Shown here: positions 29,464 to 39,746 of the stretch, in pieces
How positions within the stretch are numbered: the stretch's first letter is position 1
Layout: every line of letters starts with the position of its first letter
Assembly (NCBI GenBank): GCA_964270895.1
Contig: OZ185436.1
Strand: one strand, 5' to 3'
DNA: 64,000 nt
Source of the DNA: Podarcis filfolensis
Taxonomy: Eukaryota
The notes under the pieces: model-generated
The model's input: the letters and a program-made list of their open reading frames with translations, nothing else
Told to the model about the DNA's origin: nothing
Database searches by the model: none
Made by a program: the position numbers and the translations under genes

Positions 29464-30914
29464 TATTAGTATCACTCATCTGTACATTTTGAGTGAATTT
29501 TCCTGGATGCTAGATGAGGTAGGTGAATAGTTTAGAAGGCCAGGAGAACTCCCATGACTGTTGGCAAATTTCCTTTCCTAGATCTACTTCCAACATGGTT
29601 CTAAGAACAGGTGTGGAACAGTTACAGATAGGTAGCTGTGAGGTGTGGAACAGAATGTCACTCCCAACAGAATTACAGAATTAGATATGAGAAACCATGC
29701 CTCCGTATGCAGTGGCAGACCCTTCCACCATCCTCTTGAAGGCTGTTAAAGGCACAGTAGCTTGATCTTTCAGAGCCCTGGCGGCTTGTACCTTTTGAGA
29801 CTAAGGAAAGTCTACATTATTGACCGAAAGGGTAAAATTCAGGAGCAACCCAAATTTGTATCTTCTCTTATAGGCTCCCAGCAGAGCCTGTAATACAACA
29901 ATACAAAATGGAAGTTTCTCTCTCCACTCTTCTCAAACTAAATTCATATTGAAAGGCATTTCAAACTACCAAACTATCTTCCAAAGCTTTACAGGGAAGG
30001 AATTCTGTAAGTGGTAGAGTAGATGCCTAATGTCTGCTGAAGTAGATTGGATGATTTAAAAAAAAAAAAAAGCAAGTGCTTCCTCTTAAGGAAGAGTGTG
30101 ACTTGCAAGTTATGTAAGGACCAAGTTATTTAAAGGGCTTTGTACGTCATGGCGAAGTCTTTGAATGGTGTGCAGGATAGGAACCCTGGTGTAATAGTGC
30201 TCCCGGATGGTCAGTCCCCTGTAAGCTGAGCTGCGTTCTGCGTCACCTGACCTCCGTAACCCACATAAATTAGGCAACTTAGTATGACCGCATACTCTGC
30301 ATAATTCTTTTATTCATCCTGGGCAGCGTCAAGAAGCTCTGCAAGGCTTGAGTCTTCCCCTGGCTTCTAGAGACCTTACTCAGCAAGGTTCTAGAGGCCT
30401 TACTCTGGCTTCTGAGATTTCACCTTTCAAGCATATCTTTGTGGTTGCGTATGCTAGGAATTTACTCTTTATGTAAAGAGGGAGCAAGCACATACCCCCA
30501 TGTCCAGTGGAGTTGTTGTATTCAGCCAATGTTGCAAGGGCTCATATAGTAGAGTTTTAAGGCGCTGGGACTCGACCTGCAGAGGAAAAACTAACACATG
30601 CAACCCCCTAGTCTGCAGTACAATGGCAAGATTGTGAGGATGCTATTGCAGTTGCTAGGTCTGAATTTGGATAGCAAGTCTAAAGGCATTTGATGTCCTG
30701 AAAAGTGCCCCAAGCTACTCGGGTAGTTTGGTGGCTCCATTGCAACAATATGCTTAAAATCCCGTAACTGAAGAGTGCTTTCTAAAGCAATACCGTACTC
30801 GTCATCACTTGAGTGTTGAGTTAAGTGGAACTACTGCACCTGTTGGTCCTTTTCTGTTATAAGTCTGTCATCCATGGTCAGCCACCTCCACAACAGAGAA
30901 CTGGGTATCCATGC

Positions 30915-31590
30915 TTACCTGTCCCACGCTGTTGCTTAATGCCAGGCAAAACAACTCACCTATGATCTGATAATGGGTGAGGTGACTGACCTTGTGCGCA
31001 TAACTGAGATATGGGTAGGTGAATTGGAGGGCCCTGACCTTAGCTTGTGTTGCCTATCTTGGTATTTGGTGCAGCATCAGGCAAGATTAGAGTAACAGGG
31101 AAGGGATGTAGTGGTTGCTGCATTAAATTTCATCATTCGTGCCAGAAGGGCCAGCCCATCTGGGAGCTGGATGTGAGGGTTTTTACCTCTGTTGGGTGGC
31201 AGATACAGGACAGGGATGTGGTTGGTGTCCTGTCCACCCACCTGCCTGACCTGGTGGAGAATTTCAGGATGTTAGTGCTGAGGGATTTCAAGATCCATGC
31301 AGGGCCTGTTGTGCCTAGGCCTGCTCAGAATTTCCTGGGTACCATAGGGCTGTCTCAATAAATTGTGCACTCAACACATACTGGTGGTCATGCCCTAAAT
31401 ATCATCTTTGCTACTGAGTGATTGGGGAAGGATCTGGTGGTGATTATCACCCCATTGACCCAAGAGAGAGATCAAATCTGATGTATTTCTGAATGATCTG
31501 GGGGATTTTTCAGGCAGCATGGCTGTTGCTTCTGTTGAGGCCCTAGTTTCATTTTAAAATGGCAAGATAGGGAAATTGATACGATCGCTC
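30915..31590 (+). mobile_element. Degenerate L2/CR1-type LINE, AP-endonuclease region
   Basis: Frame-shifted peptides LLNAR, DLVRITEIW, LVLRDFKIH (canonical LGDFNIH) and STHTGGHALNIIF (canonical PTHxxGHTLDLVF). Confidence 0.75.
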
Positions 31591-33708
31591 CTAGACCAAT
31601 TTCAGAATTGTTTTCAGGCTGTTTTACTACAAAAACAGTCACCCTGACTGATCACTTTTATTGGGAGAGAAACCCTGCAACCCTGTGGATTCTTCTTGAT
31701 CTCTGAGACATTTAGTATCATCATTGAACATTGTGTTCAGGAACAACTCAGAGGGTTGGGGACTTGGAAGCACCTTATTTCTGTGGTTCTTCTCTCACCT
31801 GCTAGGTCATTACCAGAAAGCAGTACTTGGATATTGTTACTCAATGCTGTGTGTGCAGAAGAACCTTGCCCAGCCTGCCAAAGGACAGAGCCATTGGGCA
31901 AGTTGAGGATTCTCAGTGTAGAAAACATTCTAAAGGTCAGGAAGCTTTTAATTCCCTCTCGTTCCAAGAAATGGTGTACAAAGACGCATATACTGAAGAG
32001 CTATTACCTGTCATACGCACAGAATCCTGACAGGTGTTGTGCTTGCTGGCTGCTTCTGTTGAAAAATATTTCTGTAAGCAAATATGTAATTCTGTCACAT
32101 GATGGGGAGCGACAGCAGCCCTAGCAAAGGAAAACAAGTTGCTGCATGCTGATTGAAGGGAAGGCAGGAGACCTTGTTTGCGGGGCTGTTTTCTCGCTCT
32201 GCTCAGCTGGGATGCCAGGCGAGCTAGGGCCTCCAAAAATAGGGTCTGCTTTGTAGATTGTTTCAAATAGCTTTCTACAGCAAAATTAGAAATATATATG
32301 CAAATATGCACAGATGTGTTTGGCAGTATTCAAATGACAGTGTAAAATGTACACTGATCCAAGGCTAGGTAAGAGCCGAGGGCTGGGCCCATAGGCAGGG
32401 GGAGTTGTGTGACGGCATTGATCCCCTGCCCAATATGTCACTTTAGTTTCTGACACTAGCAGGATGTCTCTCATTTCAAGCTGCAGAAGGCAAACTTTCA
32501 AATCATTGCTATGAGGAATACCTGCACCCCAAGTTCTATATATGAAAAGGGCTCCATGTCTGCGTAGTTTATGAAATAAGGCCTCCATGCCAGCTATGGG
32601 TCTTTGGGTTGTTGGTTTTAGCTGCCTTCATTCTGAGATGAAAAGCCAGTTTCTAGCCCAGTAATTTGCTCATCCAGATCTAATTGTGTAGTGTTCTCAT
32701 GCTTTGTAATATCAAAGGCAAATGGGACATGCTTTTATTCATTGTCACAGTGTCTGTAAACAGGGGGTTCCTTACAAAACCCAGAATAACACAAAGCAGA
32801 GCTGTGGGATGTCTCATTAATGCTCCTTGCAATTGCACTGTTTACCATCCAGTGCCTGCTGAGGTACCCAAGGAAAGTAGATTATTCTAGTTTATTTTTA
32901 CAGAGTCAGACACTTGGCATATTTCTTCAGGAAGAGAGGGAAGATAAACCTCTTCTCATCAGGCTGCTCTGATGCGGATGCTTTTTGGTTGGTGGCCAGT
33001 TCTAAAGGGGCAGGAGGACGGATATCATTGGGAATGGCCGTTCTGTGCTGAGCCAGTTACGTCTGGAATCAACTGGCTGATTGAAGAAAGAAAAGTTTCC
33101 AAGGTTGGGAGATGCCTTTCTAGGGTACGTAGGGTTATATCCAGTGCCAGTCATAATGGAGGAGACACACTGAAGTTAATCAGAGTGGCTAACAAGGTGT
33201 CTACCTGATGGGATACAACCCTTTGCTGTTAAGTTTGGGATATGAGACCAATTTCATTCTGTGAGATGGCAGCACTTGAAATGGGAAATTGGTGGAAATG
33301 CATTGATGTTTTCTAAAAGAGGAAATGCATACATTTCATAGTTTCCATCATTTTCACCACATAATTTGGGTAATATTCTTGCTTATTCAAAACTCAAGAT
33401 GCAACAAAATGCAGCAAGTTAGAGTTATACAACTTAAGGAAATGCATAGTTTCCTTTAAAAGACTGTAAATTTTGAAGTTTCGCTGTCTGCACAATTTGA
33501 ACTGAACTTCAGTGTAGAACTGAAGTTCCATGCATTTCTCTCCTGTGTATATTCTGGAAAACCCACAAAGGTTGTCAAGAGGTTTCAGAAAGCAGGGCTA
33601 ACAGCGGGCTTTGCAAACAGTGGTTTGCAGAATCTGGGGCTGCTGGGTTCTGGGATCTACACAAGCCGATTGTGGAGCAAGCTTGACCCATTAACTATTG
33701 CACATCGA

Positions 33709-33844
33709 CAGGTGGGATGTAAATTGAAACCCTGACTTATATTCAAAAGGGGGAGGCTGGAGGGCAGGGCAGCTCAGTTACCAAATCTCATGGCAAATAG
33801 CATGAGCGGACTATCCTCAAAATAGCCATGGAGAAGATATATAA
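33709..33844 (+). promoter_or_regulatory. Putative PPP1R27 promoter (TATA, MEF2-like and E-box motifs)
   Basis: TATATAA at 33838-33844, CTCAAAATAG (one mismatch to MEF2) at about 33816-33825, CAGGTG at 33709-33714. Confidence 0.4.
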
Positions 33845-34112
33845 CAGGAGACACTGCTGGAAATAGTCAGTCCTCAACAGGAGATCACCCACACATGCTC
33901 AGTGTTTTCCAAGGAAAGTCCTATCAGGAGCAGAAATCATAGCTAACATCCTACCAGTCTTTCAGGTGCAAGCGTTACAGAGAAGAGAATCATTTGGGTC
34001 TCAAGGCACTTCAAAGTCGTCTGGGTTGCCGTGTGCTTTCTTTATTATTCCTCAACACCATTTTTCAGTCCTGTCTCGCTGGTCTCTTGCTCTTCCTTCT
34101 ACCTCTGCCACA

Positions 34113-34290
34113 ATGAAGTATTACTACCCAGACTCACTTCCCAGGTATAGGCGATATACACGAGGCCTGAAAACTGTGCGTTTCCCCAATGACGTTCTCT
34201 TCCTGGACCATATTAGGCAGAGCGACCTGGAGCAGGTGGGCCGTTTCATCCGTGCCAGGAAGGTCACCTTGGACACTATCTACCCCTCAG
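34113..34290 (+). CDS. PPP1R27: PPP1R27 coding exon 1
   Basis: ccacaATGA; MKYYYPDSLPRYRRYTRGLKTVRFPND...TIYPS G|gtaagt. Confidence 0.93.
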
Positions 34291-35932
34291 GTAAGTAGGA
34301 CGTGGGTGAACCTAACTGAAGGGTGGTTGAATAAGCCTAAGCACTAGCAGATGCCTAATCCCAAAGTCAGGCTGTGTGTTACAAACTAGGTCATATTTTT
34401 CCCTCTAACACTTACATCAATATAGGGAGCTATGTCACCTGAAATCCTTTTGCTAGACACTTGGGTATTGAACAGATTCTAAGGTGATAGATGCTAAGAA
34501 AACTATGCCAATGTACAGCGCACTCTCTGAGAAAATTTAAACCCCTTTACTAATCTGCTAATGCAGCTTGTTCCTGTGTGAATAAAATATGGCTGCTGAG
34601 TTGAGAACAGAACAATATATCCAGTGGCAGGATGAACAGAGCAGCTTCATGCCCAGCCGTAAAGCTGAATCAGTGTTTCTTTGAGCCGTTTCCCCCAGCT
34701 ATGATCTCAGCATGAAAGGCTGCACTTAAAAAAGAAATCCAGTAGTCACAGGAATTTCAACAGTTACAGCTACTATGGCCCAGTAGATTGTTAGAGTGTG
34801 TTTGCTTCTTACCAACTTTCATAACGTTGACTCAGTACTGCAGAAGGCCATAGAAGGTGCTGTTCTTACAAACTGCTTACTTAATTCCCCAAATAAGTTT
34901 CTGGAACTCACTCAGCCTTGGTTAAAATAATATTCTTTTTTTCTCCATGCAAAGAACCTGGTGGGCCAAAAATTGTCTCCTCTGTGTGCCATTTCCCCAA
35001 CATTTATAAGATAATGCAGCCTTAAAAATGTAAAGGCCCTGGTCTAGTTTCCTGAGAAAAAAAGATGCATTTTGCTTCTAGGCGACTCCTCCCCACTGTC
35101 TCAAGCATATTAGCATAACTCCCTTTTTGTGGGATGTTTTCCTAAGATCTGCAGGTTGTGGCTGATGCATTACCTTCTCCCATTAGGTATGGCTGCCCTC
35201 CATGAAGCTGTGCTTTCTGGGAACCTTGATTGCGTCAAGCTGTTAGTGAAATATGGTGCTGACATCAATCAGAAAGATGAGGATGGCTGGACACCCCTAC
35301 ACATGGCTTGCAGTGATGGTCACGCTGATATTGCAAGGTCAGAGATGCAAATTATGTTGACCTTTAATCTCTAGTCTAGCCATGCTCTTGACAGGCTACA
35401 AACTTGGTCAAGGAAAATGGGGAGGGTGAGTGCTCAAGAGTGAGTGCTAGGCTTAGACTTGAGATAATGACATGTCTGTTGGCCAGATGACCATCCAATA
35501 GGTAGTCCTAGTCTTCGGACACTAGCAGTGATGTTTTGTGTTGGCGTGTTAAGTGACCTATGATATCTCCCAAATATATAGGATATCTCAAGTAAGAAGG
35601 TAAGAATGGAAACCAGCTATAAGAGAAGACTGGTCTCTTTATGGCAAGAGGAAAGCTTTACATTGAAACTAACAGCCAGTTCACAAGTCCCCTGTATCAT
35701 CTTGTATATGAAAGCATAGGGAAAACTGCATGTTTGAACTAAAATGTGCATGTGGGTATGTGTGTCAATTATGTCCTTGTCTCATCACCTCATTCTTTAA
35801 TCCTGCAGGTACCTCATCTCTCTTGGGGCCCAGCGTGATGCCACCAATGATGAAGGGGAGAAGCCATCCGACCTAATTGACCCAGAGTACAAGGAGCTCG
35901 TGGAGCTTTTCAAAGCAGCCCGAGTAGACTAA
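34113..35932 (+). CDS. PPP1R27: Protein phosphatase 1 regulatory subunit 27 (ankyrin-repeat protein), 3 coding exons, 150 aa
   Basis: join(34113..34290,35187..35337,35809..35932) = 453 nt in frame. KTVRF PP1-docking (RVxF) motif, VRFPNDVLFLDHIRQ, and ankyrin repeats GMAALHEAVLSGN / GWTPLHMAC match recalled human PPP1R27. Position next to P4HB matches human synteny. Confidence 0.95.
35187..35337 (+). CDS. PPP1R27: PPP1R27 coding exon 2
   Basis: cattag| GMAALHEAVLSG...HADIA AG|gtcaga; 151 nt. Confidence 0.95.
35809..35932 (+). CDS. PPP1R27: PPP1R27 coding exon 3
   Basis: tcctgcag| RYLISLGAQRDATNDEGEKPSDLIDPEYKELVELFKAARVD TAA. Confidence 0.95.
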
Positions 35933-36572
35933 GCTAGTGCCACTCAGCTCTTTCCCATGTGGAGTTCAGCCTCCATGGCAGGCAGCAGCATTTGTTGCAT
36001 GCTGCAAGGAGGCTAGCAAAGTTGCCCCTACTACGTTGGCAAGAGTGTACGGCCTCCTAAAAGAGACCACAGTTTGGTTGTAATGTGTATGTATGAGAGT
36101 GGCTACCTTGGGGTTTATCAGAGAGCTATGCTTGGGATAGCCCTTCCAGAAAATGTAAACTTCTCTATCATGTGGCCCATTTTCTGGTACCTGCTACGGT
36201 CAGGCTTTAGTTAAAATGAGTCTAATGGCTGGGACACACTGGCCCAAACAGCACTGTTGTGCAGGAGGTTCACACAGGTGATTATGAAATGAACTGGACT
36301 GGGTACCAATTTGTGTGAACATACACCTTCCAATTATTATCTGGCAATGACTGATTTGAACAGTGCTTTCTCAGAGACATTCAACCTATTCAGGCCTGAA
36401 GAATCCTCACACGATTATCACAAAGAGAAAATAGCCCCAACTTCAAGCTGGTATCTTTCTGCTGTATATATTATCCTAAAAATGTCATGTATAAAGTCTC
36501 ACATGTTTGCTCCTAGATTTGCTTTTCTACTGTTATTTTTTATGTGGTTCCGAAACAGCTTTTTATTTTTTC

Positions 36573-36578
36573 AATAAA
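36573..36578 (+). terminator. Candidate PPP1R27 polyadenylation signal
   Basis: First AATAAA I noticed after the stop, preceded by a U-rich tract. Confidence 0.55.
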
Positions 36579-36984
36579 GTAATTTCTACAACCTTGGGTT
36601 ATTTTTATTCCCCCCTACTCTTGGGAAGGGTAGCCACACTTCCTGCCCAGACACTTTGTTTCCCAGGTTGCCCTTAGACTGTTCCCTAGCTGCACATGAG
36701 ATTTTGGATATGAAATGAGGAAATGAATTCTAAAGGAAAGTAGAACAGCTTAAAAAGCAGAACAAGATATAGTGACTAATGCCTAAAAGTTCTCATTCAT
36801 ACACATCTAGCTGTTTAACTTTGATGGAGGACATGTATTAACCTTGAAGGTGTCCATTAGACATTGTCCCTGCTGCACTGTTATTTCATTCTGTTAAGTA
36901 AGGGGTCAATATCCTCCTAGTGGTGCAGTAATAAAATTGTTAGCACATTTGCAAAGCTAAGCAGAGTCTGGTATGGTTTCAGAT

Positions 36985-37190
36985 TAGATGCTGAGGTTCC
37001 TGCACTGCAGGGAGTTGGACTTGATGACCCTTGGGATCCCTTCCAATTCTACAGTTCTGTATTATTAAATTATGCAACTTGAGTATTTTATTTTTTTTGC
37101 AGCACTTATAATATGTGCAACATACTATAGCTCAGGTGATTGGACTAGATGACCCTCGTGGTCCTTCCAACTCTACAATTCTATGAATCT
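36985..37190 (+). mobile_element. Two CR1-type 3' tails in tandem
   Basis: GTTGGACTTGATGACCCTTGGGATCCCTTCCAATTCTACAGTTCTGT (to about 37062) and TTGGACTAGATGACCCTCGTGGTCCTTCCAACTCTACAATTCTATGA (37133-37190). Confidence 0.75.
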
Positions 37191-38679
37191 TTGCATGCTC
37201 TTTTCTTTGGAAGACAGAAGAATGAAATGGCAATGCAAGATGGTGGATATTAGCCCTCAGCTGTGCAATGTTTCTGATAATTGCACAGTCTATGGTACAC
37301 CACACAGTTTGAAGAAATTAAATAATTGGGCTTCTTTTGTTTGTGGCTGCTTCTTTCTGATAGGTTTCAGGTACAGAGGTGTTGTTCCTGCAACCTATCA
37401 CTTGGAAGGGGAATAAGAGGCCTGTAATAAAGTTCTTACTATTTTTGTCCCAAATGACTTGAGTTGGCTTTAGTAATGACTTGGCAAATGCATGAACAAG
37501 ACGGGAAGAAAATTAGATGTGGCATTTCTTGGAGAAGAGTCAATGCTTAGAGGTTTGTCCACTCAGAGACACCTGATAAGTGCTAAATACTACTTCCCAG
37601 TCGGATAGTTTGTCTCTTGGTGAAAATCAGTAGTGAATCACTTGCACCATCTGGGTCAGCATGCTCTGACAGAAGTAGGGCAGCTCTGCACAACTCACAG
37701 TTGCTTCAGGCTTCCTACATATTTGGTTAGGTGTCACTATGGTTGCCATCTAAGCATACATCACCATGCAGAGCTATTGTCAGGGCTCACTCTATAATAC
37801 ACTGCACATGCATTAAGTTTGGGGACATTGCTCAACATCCTGAGATCCTCAGCTTTACTTTTAAATAACTTTTAGCCCTGGCAATAGATGATAGGCACAG
37901 ACAATGCCCAATAAGATGATAAGCAAGGTGTTGTACAGGATTGGTCAGAAGTCAGGGCTTCAGTGTCCAGCAAGGATCTTTGATCTGCCATTGTCTAGTA
38001 AGCAAAAACAAGTGGTTTTCTCTTATTTTTACCTACATTTGTTTGGTTACATTTAGGAGACTTTTGTTGAAACCTTAGTTCCTAATGCGTTGGAGTTGTA
38101 CTAAACCAGGAAGTCTCCACTCCCATGATTCCCCTTCCGAATGCAGCACTTTAAAATGCTTCTACAGAACACTGTGTAATGACAAAAACCCATTCAAATG
38201 GGCAAGTTAAAAAATGAATTTTAAAAATACAAGTGTGTGTGAGAGAAAGGGATTGCTTTTGTATTGCTATTTGAAGTGTCAATCTATATAGTGTGCCCTA
38301 TCCTGAAGGCTTGGGCAAGGTCTAAAATTAATCCTACACCAGAAAAACAATTAACATTTCCTAATTAATGGGAAATTTCTCCATCCTTTCTGTCAACCAT
38401 GCATCCTAAATGCCATCCCAAAGAGAGCTAGATCTCGGAAAACTGGAGAAGGCTCTTTTCAGATTGCAATTCGAATACAAACACGGAAAATGTTAATGTA
38501 AACGTGTGAAATCATGTCAATGATTCCCACCCACCCACTAATCACAGAACTGTCCACACTTAGTTGGCGTTGATTTAGAGCGTAATGATTATGAAAACAG
38601 GATGTGGAGAGAAGCCTCAAATGTCCACAAAACGGGGCACACGGTAAACTGGGGTGGGGTGTGGGGGGTAGCGCTCAGT

Positions 38680-39430
38680 TAGATCCTGACCCAAGCCTGG
38701 GAAGCGGCGACTCTGCTTTGGGCAATGCCGACTTCCCGAAGCTCACAAAGGAGGGGAAGGCGATCTCTTTTAAAAAGAAGCCTCCGTCCCGCTCCGGCTT
38801 CTACCCCATTTTCCCGTTTCTGGAGACCCTCCCCGCCCTCTCCCGCGTCTCCCAGAGCTTCTCTTCCCCACCCCTCACTCCCGTTTCCATGGATACCCCT
38901 CCCTGCCCAGCCGCTGCGTTTCCATGGAAACCTCCTCCCTCGGGTACTAGGTGCAGGGGCTACCCGGGCCCATTCGCCCGCAGTGCGCACGCGCAGCCCG
39001 GCCTAGGCGCTCTCTTCCGCCCCGGGCCTGGCAGCAGCGAGAGAAGCCGGGACTTAACCCGGGCCCAGGTGAAGAGGGTTGCGGGGTGGGGAATTGAGGG
39101 TGGGGCCGCGGCGAGTGGGGCGCCCTTTCTTCCCCGGCCCCCCGTGGAAGTGCTCCCTTTCTGTTCCTCTGGGCCTAGTAGCGCAGTCCCCAAACTCCAC
39201 GCCTGCCTTGTTGTCGTTCGGGGCCGGGAGGAGAAGTGCGGCTGCTTGGGCCTCCCTCTCCCCGCACCTCCCTCACGAAGCTTGACATCCCATCTCCGTG
39301 CCTGAGGGTAGCGTGGGGTTGCGGATTGAAGGGGGGTTGTTGAGGGAAGTATTGGGGTTCCCCAAGGCGCAGGTGCCTCTAGGAACTGGACTCGGAGCAG
39401 GGAGGAGGGCGGTGAGGTCCCGAAGTGGTG
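38680..39430 (+). promoter_or_regulatory. MCRIP1 CpG-island promoter and non-coding first exon
   Basis: High GC and CpG content; perfect NRF1 site TGCGCACGCGCA at 38984-38995; ETS CTTCCG at 39014-39019; GC box at 39017-39022; probable donor CCCAG|gtgaag at 39068/39069. Confidence 0.75.
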
Positions 39431-39738
39431 GTCGGGGGGCTCCAGGGCTTTTTGACACATTCGGGGATTTTTAGCGATGGGGTGGGACTTATCGGTAGTG
39501 TGGTAGGAGGGTGGTTGGGATCCTGCTTTCTATGCCTGTAAGATGCTGCAATCTCCTTAAATGTAATAGCAGAGGTGGGCATAGATGCTTCCACCCAAAG
39601 TCGGTTACCGGAGCAATTTGTCCCCACCCGTGGGATTTATTGAGGGTCCGTCCCCATTGAGCTCAGTGTCTTGTCTTTGTTTTAGCACCGCCAAGCCACA
39701 CATCCAGGACTTGGGCCAGGGCTGGGAAAGAGGCAGCC

Positions 39739-39746
39739 ATGACGAG
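39739..39746 (+). CDS. MCRIP1: MCRIP1 start-codon exon, coding part (exon begins at 39686)
   Basis: tttgttttag| at 39685; gcagccATGACGAG|gtgaga; 8 coding nt. Confidence 0.88.

Noticed and set aside
30361-30416. Short direct repeats TTCTAGAG(A/G)CCTTACTC
   Set aside because: Only 2-3 degenerate units of an ordinary local duplication, and not CRISPR-like. No CRISPR array or prokaryotic system is seen anywhere in this vertebrate window.
38604-39460. Long ORFs (233 aa +, 166 aa -) over the MCRIP1 CpG island
   Set aside because: They are Pro/Gly/Arg/Ala-rich, have no recognisable domain and mostly have non-ATG starts. This is expected from stop-codon scarcity in GC-rich promoters.
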